From: Promethearchaeota archaeon
Lineage (GTDB): Archaea; Asgardarchaeota; Lokiarchaeia; Sigyniarchaeales; SOKP01
DNA: 64,000 nucleotides
Assembly (NCBI GenBank): GCA_011364925.1
Contig: RDOA01000011.1
Coordinates: 1-64,000, forward strand
Direction: 5' to 3'
Each line of letters starts with the position of its first letter. Position 1 is the stretch's first letter. Below the pieces are notes generated by a model, which was not told the origin of the DNA, ran no database searches, and saw nothing but the letters and a program-made list of their open reading frames with translations. Both the position numbers and the translations under genes were made by a program. Shown here one piece after another: positions 49,589 through 59,534 of the stretch.

Positions 49589-49923
49589 ACAAGGTGAAAT
49601 GGAAGAACATATGTGAAGATAAAGATAAACGCCCTGAAGTTCAAGAGTACAAAAACTGGCAAGAGTTACCTCCAATTCCAATTTCACTTCCAATTAAGGG
49701 AAGTATTGGAACAACTGGGGATTGGAGAACATTCAAACCCGTTGTTGACCGAGAAACTTGTACAAAATGTGGTATATGCTGGATGTATTGCCCTGAAGGT
49801 ACGATCCTCAGAAATGAACAAGGAGAATTTGAAGTTGATTATATATATTGTAAAGGATGTGGCATATGTGCCAAAGAATGCCCCACAAAAAGTATAGAAA
49901 TGATAAGAGAGAGTGAAGTATAG
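49585..49923 (+). CDS. porD: 2-oxoacid:ferredoxin oxidoreductase delta subunit
   Basis: TGDWRTFKP; two [4Fe-4S] motifs CTKCGICWMYCP and CKGCGICAKECP. Confidence 0.93.
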   Translation: MNKVKWKNICEDKDKRPEVQEYKNWQELPPIPISLPIKGSIGTTGDWRTFKPVVDRETCTKCGICWMYCPEGTILRNEQGEFEVDYIYCKGCGICAKECPTKSIEMIRESEV

Positions 49924-49924
49924 T

Positions 49925-51181
49925 ATGGTAGAAGCACAACAAGATATTATTCAAAAAAAAGAAACAAAAATTATTAAAGGTAATATTGCAGCAGCTTACG
50001 CTGCGAAGTCAGCACGCGTACAAGTGATTAGTGCATACCCCATTACACCTCAAACAACTGTAGTAGAAAAACTATCTGAGTTTGCAGATAAAGGTGAGAT
50101 GCCCGGAACTCAATATCTTAAAATGGAATCAGAACATTCCGTAATGGCTTCTATTATAGGTGCAAGTACTGCTGGTACTCGCACTTTTACGGCAACTTCT
50201 GGTCAGGGTTTATTTTACATGTATGAGATGGTTCATTGGGCAGCGGGTGCTCGCTTACCTATTGTTACGACGATTTCATCGAGAGGTCCAGCCCCTCCAT
50301 GGAATATCTGGGCAGATTTTACTGATGTGATAAGTTGTAGGGATACAGGGTGGATGATTTCGTTTGCATCGGGGCACCAAGAGATATACGATGATATATT
50401 AATGTCATATAAAATATGCGAAGATCACGATATCCTATTACCTAAATTCGTGGCTTACGGTGGATTTACTCTATCCCATACATCAAAACCGGTAATTATC
50501 GAGGAACAAGAGGATGTGGACGAATTTTTGCCACCACTTCCTGATGAGAAAGGATGGCCTCACATTTTTCTTGATCCTGAGAGACCAATGATGCACGGGA
50601 ACCTCATTATGCCATCTGGTTTTTACAATGAATTTAGGTTAAAAATTCATTTTACTCATACCTTAGCTAAGCAAAAAATAAAGGATGTTTCTACCGAATT
50701 CGAGAAAAAATTTGGTCGATCTTATGGAAATGGTTTAGTTGAAGAATATAAAATGGAAGATGCGGAAATAGCTGTTCTTAATTATGGAGAACTCGCAATG
50801 CAGATGGAAGACGCAGTTGATGATCTTAGGAATGAAGGGTATAAAGTAGGGTGTGTAAAGCTAAGATACTTTCGACCATTTCCTACTGAAGAAATAAGAC
50901 AAATCGCTAAAAAAGTTAAGGTTTTGGGTGTAGCCGATAGGGCTACTGCCTTTGGTTCTCCAACTGGAGGACCTGTAAGCAGTGAAGTGTTAGCAGCTCT
51001 GTATGGTTCAGGAACGAGTACAATAATTTTACCAATCGTAATGGGTTTAGGCGGTAGAGAGGTAGGATTAGAACAGCAAAAAAATCAGTTAAAAGTATTG
51101 AATCATTTAAATGAAACTGGAGAGTTTCCTAAAGATATGATCGAAGGTACTTTCTGGGATGGATTATTGGAGGTTGATTAA
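49925..51181 (+). CDS. porA: 2-oxoacid:ferredoxin oxidoreductase alpha subunit
   Basis: YPITPQT, ESEH, TATSGQG, FRPFP, GLGGR. Confidence 0.93.
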   Translation: MVEAQQDIIQKKETKIIKGNIAAAYAAKSARVQVISAYPITPQTTVVEKLSEFADKGEMPGTQYLKMESEHSVMASIIGASTAGTRTFTATSGQGLFYMYEMVHWAAGARLPIVTTISSRGPAPPWNIWADFTDVISCRDTGWMISFASGHQEIYDDILMSYKICEDHDILLPKFVAYGGFTLSHTSKPVIIEEQEDVDEFLPPLPDEKGWPHIFLDPERPMMHGNLIMPSGFYNEFRLKIHFTHTLAKQKIKDVSTEFEKKFGRSYGNGLVEEYKMEDAEIAVLNYGELAMQMEDAVDDLRNEGYKVGCVKLRYFRPFPTEEIRQIAKKVKVLGVADRATAFGSPTGGPVSSEVLAALYGSGTSTIILPIVMGLGGREVGLEQQKNQLKVLNHLNETGEFPKDMIEGTFWDGLLEVD

Positions 51182-51183
51182 AC

Positions 51184-52122
51184 TTGGTATCAATAAAAGA
51201 AGCATTAGAAATTGGACAAGAAGAATTTTTTTTAGCGGGAAACTCTACATGCGCAGGATGTGGGCTTGAAATCGCTTTAAGATGGGCTATGAAAGCTCTT
51301 GGACCAAATACAGCGTTAGTTACACCCGCGAGTTGTTTGAATGTTGTTGTAGGATTGTGGCCAAAGACAGCTCCAAATTTTCCTTTCATGAATATGGCGT
51401 TTGCAGCTGCTGCCGCCGCTGCCACAGGAGTTTCTGCTGCATTTGAAGTAAAAGCTCATAGATTTCCAGGGAAAGTCTGGGAGAAAATGACCACACTGGT
51501 TTTCGCTGGTGATGGTGGTACAACAGATATTGGAATTCAAGGTTTAAGCGGCGCAGCTGAGAGAAACTCTAATATTATATACTGCTGCTATGATAATGAA
51601 GCGTATATGAATACAGGGATTCAAAGATCATCAAGTACACCACATGGTGCGATTACAACAACAACCACTTTAGGAAAGGAGAGATATAAGAAAAATTTAC
51701 CTCGAATAATGGCCGCACATGATCTTCCTTATGTTGCAACTTGTTCTGTTAGTGAACCACTAGACATATACGAGAAGTTTAAAAAAGCGAAATCGATTGA
51801 GGGGTGTAAATATATACATATCTTAGCATCTTGTCCTCCTGGATGGGGTATTGCTTCTGAAGAATCTGTGGAAATCCCAAGATTAGCTGTTAAAACGGGT
51901 TCTTGGATTTTATATGAAATTGAAAATGGTGTTTTGAAATTATCAAAAAAGAGCAAGCCGTTATTAGACCCCTCAAAAAGAGCTCCTTTAATTGACTACT
52001 TGTCGAGACAAAAACGATTTTCAAAATTATCAGAAAAAACTCTGATTGAACTTCAGGAGAGACTCGATCTAGAATGGTCCAAACTTGCTGATGAGTTATC
52101 TTGCCAAGAACATAATCAGTAA
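51184..52122 (+). CDS. porB: 2-oxoacid:ferredoxin oxidoreductase beta subunit
   Basis: CAGCG, GDGG…DNEAYMNTGIQ TPP motif, CPPGW. Confidence 0.93.
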   Translation: MVSIKEALEIGQEEFFLAGNSTCAGCGLEIALRWAMKALGPNTALVTPASCLNVVVGLWPKTAPNFPFMNMAFAAAAAAATGVSAAFEVKAHRFPGKVWEKMTTLVFAGDGGTTDIGIQGLSGAAERNSNIIYCCYDNEAYMNTGIQRSSSTPHGAITTTTTLGKERYKKNLPRIMAAHDLPYVATCSVSEPLDIYEKFKKAKSIEGCKYIHILASCPPGWGIASEESVEIPRLAVKTGSWILYEIENGVLKLSKKSKPLLDPSKRAPLIDYLSRQKRFSKLSEKTLIELQERLDLEWSKLADELSCQEHNQ

Positions 52123-52167
52123 AGAAACATTCATAATATTATTAAGCTATAATTTAAATGAATCCAT

Positions 52168-52836
52168 ATGGGTTTTTTAATAAAACTTAAAGGAAAAAGT
52201 ATTGGAGATTTGGATTTCATTTTTGAGATTGCAATCGAGAACATTATTGAAGGTAAATTAATTGCCTTTCCAACTGATTCAGTTTACGGTTTAGGGGGAG
52301 ATCCTCTTAATCTTGAATTGATAAATAGAATTTATGAAATTAAGTATCGAGATCGATCTAAAAGTTTATTATTATTAGTTGCAGATATTGAAGAAGCAGA
52401 AAAGATCGCTGTATTTAACAAAACAAGTTATAAGTTAGCAGAACACTTCTGGCCGGGGCAGTTAACGCTGATATTAAAAAAAAAAGAGCCTAATATGATT
52501 CCACCGGAGGTTACAGCTTTTAAGAATACAATCGGTATTCGAGTTCCAGAAAACGAGATCATTCAATCTTTATTAAGAAAGTTAAGGTCAAAAGGATATT
52601 TTGGTGGATTAATCGGAACATCAGCAAACTATTCTGGAGAACCTCCTTCAATAAGCGGGGATGAGGTTGCAAAGAAATTTTTATCACCAATTGATTTAAT
52701 ACTTGATGGGGGTAAAACAAAGTCACAAGTTTCGACAACAATCCTTGATTGTTCATCAGAAAAGTTAAAGATCTTAAGATTAGGAATTATAGGACAAGAT
52801 CAAATTGATGATATAATTAAATCATCGAATGAATAA
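52168..52836 (+). CDS. tsaC: L-threonylcarbamoyladenylate synthase (TsaC/YrdC single-domain)
   Basis: FPTDSVYGL, KxR, FWPGQLT, TSANYSG, STTI. Confidence 0.92.
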   Translation: MGFLIKLKGKSIGDLDFIFEIAIENIIEGKLIAFPTDSVYGLGGDPLNLELINRIYEIKYRDRSKSLLLLVADIEEAEKIAVFNKTSYKLAEHFWPGQLTLILKKKEPNMIPPEVTAFKNTIGIRVPENEIIQSLLRKLRSKGYFGGLIGTSANYSGEPPSISGDEVAKKFLSPIDLILDGGKTKSQVSTTILDCSSEKLKILRLGIIGQDQIDDIIKSSNE

Positions 52837-52852
52837 CTAAAAGGGGGTCATT

Positions 52853-53383
52853 TTGAATAATTTCAACTTGTTGGTTTCAACATCAAGATTCAATGAAGTA
52901 AATGCAAAAGCAGAGCTTTGGTTTATTTTGTTAATATGTGGTGATAATTATCCCGTAATCTCAGGAATTAAGTATCCAGGTTTAATAACCGCAGCAACTA
53001 ATATCGACAATAAAGAAGTTATAAAAAAGATCAAAAATCTACTTGTCAAGGATCCAAATTTCTTCCAATTCATTCTAAAGATCATTCCTATTGACTATGT
53101 TTGTGAGACTAAAATACAAATTATAAAAGAAATAGTAGAAAAATATTATCCTCTTTATTTAGAAAAGTCAAATTCTTTCAAAATCGAATTGAATCGTAGA
53201 AAAAACGAAAAAATTGAAAGAGATGTAATTATTGAATCAGTAGCAAAAAATATTGTTAATCGCGTTGATTTAGACAATCCTGACATTATTCTAAGGATTG
53301 AATTACTTGGAAATATTTGTGGGATCTCCTTTTTAAGACCAGATGAAATTATTAAAATTTCAAATAAAATGAGTCAGCTTTAA
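52853..53383 (+). CDS. Stand-alone THUMP domain protein
   Basis: LKIIPID, SFKIELNRR, VDLDNPD..LRIE. Confidence 0.88.
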   Translation: MNNFNLLVSTSRFNEVNAKAELWFILLICGDNYPVISGIKYPGLITAATNIDNKEVIKKIKNLLVKDPNFFQFILKIIPIDYVCETKIQIIKEIVEKYYPLYLEKSNSFKIELNRRKNEKIERDVIIESVAKNIVNRVDLDNPDIILRIELLGNICGISFLRPDEIIKISNKMSQL

Positions 53384-54051
53384 TAAGAGCTCCTCTTATC
53401 TAAACTTAACAATACCATTTTTTCACATATCAAATCATTCAGTGCCTTAAATAAGCTCTGTAGATTGACTTGTTCTGCGTATATTTCGCTCTCATCTATA
53501 CCATATGACTTTAAGATAACTAATATTTGGTTATTAGAAAAACCGAAGTAATCTTTAATTATTTTATATTTTTCTTCAGAATTGTCTTCAAAATTTATAT
53601 CTAATTCCTTGAAATTCAAATGCTTATTGATTTCCATTTGAATTTGATCAATATTATTTTTTGGAGTAATGATACAATAACTAATTCTTCTATTTCGCAA
53701 ATTGTTTTCAATTACCCCAAAATCTTTAAGGCTTATTTTAATTTGTCTTTTAGCAGCTAAATATAAGAAAAATTCTAGATTCTTCTTATTTGAAATATTA
53801 GCATTTATATGGAAAGCTTTTTGGACAAAATAACAAGCATGTAATATATGCTCAATATTTAAAATATGCTTTTCATTAAAAAATTGTAATACTGTGTCTT
53901 TATGTAAATCTTGTACACTCTCGATTAATTTAACTAAATCATTTATTCGAACTTCATCAGGATTGATTTCAATCTGGTTAATTCCTACATAATAATCAGA
54001 CACACCATGAGTTCCCTTAATAGAATAAATCTTCATAAAGGTAAACTCCAT
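53380..54051 (-). CDS. cgi121: KEOPS subunit Cgi121
   Basis: LQFFN…HILHA…KAF…ISNKKNLEFFLYLAAKRQI…FGV; C-terminal EKMVLL. Confidence 0.8.
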   Translation of the reverse strand: MEFTFMKIYSIKGTHGVSDYYVGINQIEINPDEVRINDLVKLIESVQDLHKDTVLQFFNEKHILNIEHILHACYFVQKAFHINANISNKKNLEFFLYLAAKRQIKISLKDFGVIENNLRNRRISYCIITPKNNIDQIQMEINKHLNFKELDINFEDNSEEKYKIIKDYFGFSNNQILVILKSYGIDESEIYAEQVNLQSLFKALNDLICEKMVLLSLDKRSSY

Positions 54052-54809
54052 TTAAACCATAGTGGCATTAACACATAGTTAATTCTAATATATATTAAAA
54101 AAATTGTTAATAGAATCAAACAAATCGAAAATATCCAATCTTTTAAAGAGAACTTGATCATATAATAAAAAGTGCGTTCTTTTTGATTACCGAAGGATCG
54201 AGATTCTAAAGCTTCAGCGACATTAAAAGCTCTTTTAATAGAACTTATAATTAATGGAACTAAAAGAGGAAAGAGATTTTTAATTTGATTAACAACCCCT
54301 TTTTTTTGCATTTCATACCCTCGACTCTGTTGCGCGTCGATGATATTTTGGGTTTCAATTGCAATAGTAGGGACAAATCTAAACGCTAGAGAGAAGGAAA
54401 ATGCATACTCATAAGGAATTTTCATAGTAATAAGAGACAAAGCTAAATCGTTAGGATCTACTGTTAAAAAAAACAAAGAAAACGCGGAAATCATTATCGA
54501 AATTCTAAGTATCATAGCAATCGCAAAGGAAAATCCGTATACATTTATAAATAGAGTGTTGAGAATAATTATAAAAATATAAAGAAAAGCCATACCTTTT
54601 ACGCTCTTCAGCCATTTTTTAAACAATTTTCCAACTATGATTATTGGAAGTAATGTAATTAATATGCATAATAAGGGAATTATTTCTTGAAACAAAAAAG
54701 CGTTAATTGTATAAGTTATCGCTAGTAATAATTTGGTTCTTGGATCTAATCTATGTAAAAAAGTATCCTTCTTTAAAAATTTAAAAGCACTCAAAAATTC
54801 TAAAGACAT
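54033..54809 (-). CDS. ecfT: ECF transporter transmembrane component T
   Basis: LHRLDPRTK, RFVP, AQQSRG, ALESRSF. Confidence 0.92.
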   Translation of the reverse strand: MSLEFLSAFKFLKKDTFLHRLDPRTKLLLAITYTINAFLFQEIIPLLCILITLLPIIIVGKLFKKWLKSVKGMAFLYIFIIILNTLFINVYGFSFAIAMILRISIMISAFSLFFLTVDPNDLALSLITMKIPYEYAFSFSLAFRFVPTIAIETQNIIDAQQSRGYEMQKKGVVNQIKNLFPLLVPLIISSIKRAFNVAEALESRSFGNQKERTFYYMIKFSLKDWIFSICLILLTIFLIYIRINYVLMPLWFKWSLPL

Positions 54810-55685
54810 CTATGCATCTCCCTCTTTTAATTTTATTGATTCAATGTTTAGACGACTTGAAAGAAAGTCAACAATTTCGTGTTCTTTAATGAGTTCTTTA
54901 GGGATGATAATACCTATTTTTTCCAATTCTTTCTTGAGTAAATATAATTGTGGTAAAATTAACGATGATTTTGATATAATAAACTCATTAGTGAAGATTT
55001 TTTGCGTCGGACCATCAGCAATTATCCGTCCTGCTTCCATCAAGATTGTTCTTGGAACATATTCGACTGTGAATTCAATATTATGGGTTACCATTATTAT
55101 TGTTTTGCCCCGTTCTAACTCTTTCCTTACTAGTTCAAGGAAAAACTTAATTTCTTTAGCATCTTGACCTAATGTTGGTTCATCAAACACAATAATATCA
55201 GGATCGCGACAAAGAATTGATGCTATAGCCAATTTTTTTGATTCTCCTCCTGATAATGTTAATGGTGATCTCTTGCGAAATTTTTCAAGGTCAAATTCAT
55301 TCAGTATTTGGTTTATTTTAAATTGAATTTCGGCTTTATCTAAATTTAAATTTTTCAATGAAAATTTAATTTCATCTTCTATTGTGTTAGAAAATAATTG
55401 GTGCATTGGATTCTGGAAAACAATTCCAACCTTTTTAGATATCATTGCTATAGTTTTTAAGGCTATATTTTCTCCTTCTATAAAAACACTTCCTCTTGTA
55501 GGTCGAATTAAACCGTTGAGTGTACGAATTAATGTAGTTTTTCCTGCTCCATTTTGTCCCATAATTGCTACAAATTCGCCTTGTTTAATATTTAACGAAA
55601 CTTGCTTTAGAGCTACTGTCTCATTCGAATACATGAAATCGACGTTATGAACCATGATTATGGGTAATAATTTATTATACTTCAT
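54810..55685 (-). CDS. ecfA2: ECF transporter ATPase
   Basis: GQNGAGKTT, FQNP, LSGGE, DEPT. Confidence 0.92.
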   Translation of the reverse strand: MKYNKLLPIIMVHNVDFMYSNETVALKQVSLNIKQGEFVAIMGQNGAGKTTLIRTLNGLIRPTRGSVFIEGENIALKTIAMISKKVGIVFQNPMHQLFSNTIEDEIKFSLKNLNLDKAEIQFKINQILNEFDLEKFRKRSPLTLSGGESKKLAIASILCRDPDIIVFDEPTLGQDAKEIKFFLELVRKELERGKTIIMVTHNIEFTVEYVPRTILMEAGRIIADGPTQKIFTNEFIISKSSLILPQLYLLKKELEKIGIIIPKELIKEHEIVDFLSSRLNIESIKLKEGDA

Positions 55686-55696
55686 AGCTAGTTAAG

Positions 55697-56536
55697 TTAT
55701 ATCATTGATTTTATTATTTTTATTGCATCTGGGATCGAAACAGGAATATCATGCTTAAATTGGTTTCTTTTTCTTAATTCATTAAAGACTGAATAAATTT
55801 TCGGCTTATTAACATTCAAATTCTTAAAAGTGTCAGAATTAATAATTTTATCCTTAACGCCATAATCTAAAACCTCTCCACCTTTCATTAAAATAATATC
55901 ATCTACGATTGGCAAAATTAAATCCATCCTATGTTCGCTAATTATAATGGTTATGCCTTTTTCTACTTGAATCTTTTTTAAGAGAGCAAGTATTTTCTTA
56001 GCGAATAATGGGTCCAGATTAGCAGTTGGTTCATCTAATACTATGATGTTAGGTTCAATCACTAAGATTGATGCGATTGCAACGCGTTGTTGTTCTCCAC
56101 CACTTATTTCAAAAGGAGCTTTATCTAAAATATCCTCAATTTCAGTTAATTTTATAGTCTCGTCAATTTTTTGTCTTATCTGCTCTCTTGGAATTCCAAG
56201 GTTTTCCAAACCGAACGCTATCTCGTGTTCTACATTCATAGCTATTAGTTGATTCTCTGGATTTTGGAAAACTATTCCCACATCATTAGATAATTCAGAT
56301 ATAGTCGTTTCATTAGTATTTTTACCTGAGACTTCCACGAATCCTTTATAGTAACCTGCATAAAACTGGGGAATTAACCCATTTAAGCATCTAATCAATG
56401 TTGTTTTTCCAGATCCGGTTTCCCCAGCCAATAAAATAAATCTATTTTGCTTTATTTCTAAATTAATATTCTTAAGCGCATACTCATCGTTTCCTTTATA
56501 TCGAAAGTGAAAATTATTAAATTTGATCAAACTCAT
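55697..56536 (-). CDS. ecfA1: ECF transporter ATPase
   Basis: GETGSGKTT, FQNPENQ, SGGEQQR, LDEPT. Confidence 0.92.
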   Translation of the reverse strand: MSLIKFNNFHFRYKGNDEYALKNINLEIKQNRFILLAGETGSGKTTLIRCLNGLIPQFYAGYYKGFVEVSGKNTNETTISELSNDVGIVFQNPENQLIAMNVEHEIAFGLENLGIPREQIRQKIDETIKLTEIEDILDKAPFEISGGEQQRVAIASILVIEPNIIVLDEPTANLDPLFAKKILALLKKIQVEKGITIIISEHRMDLILPIVDDIILMKGGEVLDYGVKDKIINSDTFKNLNVNKPKIYSVFNELRKRNQFKHDIPVSIPDAIKIIKSMI

Positions 56537-56576
56537 ATAATCAGATTTCCATACTTCTTTTAATTTATAAGGAAGA

Positions 56577-57572
56577 TTAATTAATTAAAGTTTTTTTTAT
56601 CTTGTCTATTAAATGGTTGAGGGTTTTTTCTGAATCATTTCTACCATTCAATGTTGCAGCACCTTCATGTCCACCACCACTCACATCATCTATTTCGCTA
56701 ACAATTTTACCTAGGTGTAAACCAGTTTTTAAACGGATTTGTTTTTTAGCTCTAGTTGTAATTCTAAAACCAGCTTTTTCTTCTGTTATTACAATTGCTA
56801 CGTCGAATCCAATCCTCGTTAGAAGTGCAGCCGCAGAAGCGGTAAAGCTGCTAAGGTGTGAAATTCCAACTAACCATTCGTTAATTCGAATTATTTTAAC
56901 TCTTTGGAGTGCTTTGATTTGTGCAATTTTCTCTGAAATGTCTCGATCTTTTTCTAATAACAGTAATATATCTTGAATCTCAACCTCATCATTTACAAGA
57001 TTTGATAGGTGTTTTATAGTTCTATTATTTCCATGTTTGAGGAATCCTGAATCTGCTAATATTGCCGATATAAGGAGATATCTATACGGAATTGGAATGT
57101 ATATTCTGTGATCTTCAAAAAACTCTACTACTATTTCTGATGTAGAAGAATAATTATCATGAATCAAATTGAGTGATAAAAGATTATTTGGATAATTTTT
57201 CTGTAGATTTAAATGATGGTCTAAGAAGACAAAAGGAATATCTAAATTTGATTTGTCAAAAAGCTTTACTTGATCTAAATTATTCGTGTCTAGAATTACT
57301 ATCACATCGATATCTAAGCTTTCTTTACCAATTTGAATGTCAAAATCAAAATCAGGAAATTTCCGACTGAAATTTTCTAAATAACTTTTAGTTTGTTTAG
57401 ATAATTCTGAAAAAGTTACATATATCTTTTGATTTGGATAAAAATTTTTAAAAAAGAGCCTTAAAGCTAAACTGGATATAAATCCGTCAAGATCAACTAA
57501 ATCATGAGATGTTATTAAAAAATTTTTTCCTTTTAAATACTTTAAAATTTCATCTCTCTTAGAAGTATTCAT
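56577..57572 (-). CDS. DHH/DHHA1 phosphoesterase
   Basis: H..DLDG, LDT, DHH, DSG, GGGHEGAA. Confidence 0.9.
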   Translation of the reverse strand: MNTSKRDEILKYLKGKNFLITSHDLVDLDGFISSLALRLFFKNFYPNQKIYVTFSELSKQTKSYLENFSRKFPDFDFDIQIGKESLDIDVIVILDTNNLDQVKLFDKSNLDIPFVFLDHHLNLQKNYPNNLLSLNLIHDNYSSTSEIVVEFFEDHRIYIPIPYRYLLISAILADSGFLKHGNNRTIKHLSNLVNDEVEIQDILLLLEKDRDISEKIAQIKALQRVKIIRINEWLVGISHLSSFTASAAALLTRIGFDVAIVITEEKAGFRITTRAKKQIRLKTGLHLGKIVSEIDDVSGGGHEGAATLNGRNDSEKTLNHLIDKIKKTLIN

Positions 57573-57588
57573 AAATCTTCCAAATTAG

Positions 57589-57945
57589 TTATTTGGATTG
57601 AAGATCTGCTTGAAGAGATTTCTGCATATTCTCAAAAGTGCTTTTGGTTCTCTCAATTTTTTGAGCCAAAGTAGTAGAACGCATAGACAAAATTTCTTTA
57701 TCAGATTTTTTTTCGTCTAATAACTTATTTCTATCACTTTTAACCAAAATACCACCAATCTGCTTATATACAACTGTATCCGGACTAGCTTTCTCCAACT
57801 CTTCTAAGGCCAATTCCGTTTCTCTTATGGAACTATCAATTTGCAGCTTTTGTTGGGTAAGTAGTTCTAAGGATTGTCCTAACTGAGTTAAATTTTGAAA
57901 TTTCTTTTTAGTTTCTTCATCTAACTGGTCCAAATTTATTGTCAA
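57589..57945 (-). CDS. pfdB: Prefoldin beta subunit
   Basis: Coiled coils flanking the VYKQIGGILV hairpin; superoperon position. Confidence 0.93.
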   Translation of the reverse strand: MTINLDQLDEETKKKFQNLTQLGQSLELLTQQKLQIDSSIRETELALEELEKASPDTVVYKQIGGILVKSDRNKLLDEKKSDKEILSMRSTTLAQKIERTKSTFENMQKSLQADLQSK

Positions 57946-57997
57946 TGAATATCACATATTAGTTTTATAACAAGAAATGTAGTTTGAAATATGAAAT

Positions 57998-58267
57998 TTA
58001 CGAATTCTTCACAATTTTCAGAACACCCTCAAGTATCCTACCAAAACTTATGATTTCATTGATACTTGCTCGGAAAGCAGTGATATCATTACTTTCAATC
58101 TGAAAAATTAAGGATTTTTCTTGTTTTTGCAAAGAAATTTTAGATCTTTTCGATTTTTGAATGTTGAATTCTGGTAAAAAAGAATTATACGAAATATTAC
58201 ATAAATCAGGATTTTTAAAAAGAATTTCAATTGTAGACTTGATTTTGAAAGAAGTATTTTTTTCCAT
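57998..58267 (-). CDS. pcc1: KEOPS subunit Pcc1
   Basis: PE…RS.I…IESNDITAFRASIN. Confidence 0.88.
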   Translation of the reverse strand: MEKNTSFKIKSTIEILFKNPDLCNISYNSFLPEFNIQKSKRSKISLQKQEKSLIFQIESNDITAFRASINEIISFGRILEGVLKIVKNS

Positions 58268-58557
58268 TATTCTTCTGTAGTCTCAAGTTCTCGCTGCTTC
58301 CGTTTTGCTATTCTAAAGGATTCTGCACCACGAGGTGTTTGAGTATTATAAGCACCTCCAGTAAACTTTGCATTGCATTTCTTGCAATACCATATACCCG
58401 TCGAAATTCTATTTATCGATCCTCTTGTTTCGCAACGAGGACATTTCAATTTTCCGCTTTTTTGATCTTCCATAACAAGGCGCCACTTTTTCCTTACATT
58501 GGCTCCGTAACGAGGTCCAAAAGTAGCAGAAATCCCAGTTTTTTTCGTTTTACCCAT
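58267..58557 (-). CDS. rpl37ae: 50S ribosomal protein eL43 (L37ae)
   Basis: TKKTG…FGPRYG, CPRC…GIWYCKKC…FTGGAY. Confidence 0.96.
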   Translation of the reverse strand: MGKTKKTGISATFGPRYGANVRKKWRLVMEDQKSGKLKCPRCETRGSINRISTGIWYCKKCNAKFTGGAYNTQTPRGAESFRIAKRKQRELETTEE

Positions 58558-58715
58558 TGAGATCACTTAGTCTTTTTCTTATATTCTGTTTAAATAAAAA
58601 CTCAGATACACTTTAAATTTTTCTAATTAAGAAAAATTAGGTTTACTTAGAATTTAAATCAAGTTTAGATAAAAATTAAAATTTTAAAAAATATAATTTA
58701 TTAGGATTGTTAATA

Positions 58716-59534
58716 TTAACGCTTATACTGCCACAGATTTAATTCTTTTATGATCTTCTTGGCGAGTTCCATAGATTTTTTGACTAACATTTCAATTTCT
58801 TCCATAGAAAAGGTAGCAGTGCCACTTTTTTGTATTGATGCTAATTTATTTTCAGTTACTGAGATGGAGAGCATTCCATCGCAAACAAGTTCCTCTGGTA
58901 GACTAGGGTCTAAAAAGATCATATCACCTATTTTTCCATAGGTTACTACCATAGGCAATTCATTTACTATTGTTTCTCCGGTTAAATAATTACCTGTCCA
59001 TTCGACGTTTCCATCAACCCACTTTCCTTCTGGAATTTGACTTGATATTAAAGCGCTTAAGGCACTTATTCCTCCCGCATCAATTAAATTTCCAGAATAG
59101 TTAATTACATATATATCCACGAATAAAATATATACCATTTCATTCTCTTTAATACATAACTTTTTCGTCTGGACACAATCCGCATGGCGAATGCCTCGAT
59201 CAACAACGCGTGCAAGTTCTATTGATTGTTCGTCTGGAGGACCTCTTTCAAATAGAGGAGATGCTAAGGGTAGTAACTCTGCCATAAACGTACAAACACC
59301 TTCATTTGGTAGGTCAGGAAAAGGGGGGCCTACTTCGTATTTTAAACCAGTAATCACCTTTGTGTCCCCTAAAGTAACTTCAGAAGAACCTTCTGCTGAA
59401 GTAATAACGTCACATTTTACGGTCCAATCTCTGTAATCCCAAAGACCTCTTCCATCAATCCTTTCACCTTTTTTTAAATTGGAAAGAATATAATTCTTCT
59501 CAATTGTTGAAATCACTCGTTTTATATTCATCAT
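58716..59534 (-). CDS. rrp42: Exosome subunit Rrp42
   Basis: RIDGR, AEGSS.V.LG.T, PFPDLPNEG, ELARVVDRGIR. Confidence 0.95.
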   Translation of the reverse strand: MMNIKRVISTIEKNYILSNLKKGERIDGRGLWDYRDWTVKCDVITSAEGSSEVTLGDTKVITGLKYEVGPPFPDLPNEGVCTFMAELLPLASPLFERGPPDEQSIELARVVDRGIRHADCVQTKKLCIKENEMVYILFVDIYVINYSGNLIDAGGISALSALISSQIPEGKWVDGNVEWTGNYLTGETIVNELPMVVTYGKIGDMIFLDPSLPEELVCDGMLSISVTENKLASIQKSGTATFSMEEIEMLVKKSMELAKKIIKELNLWQYKR

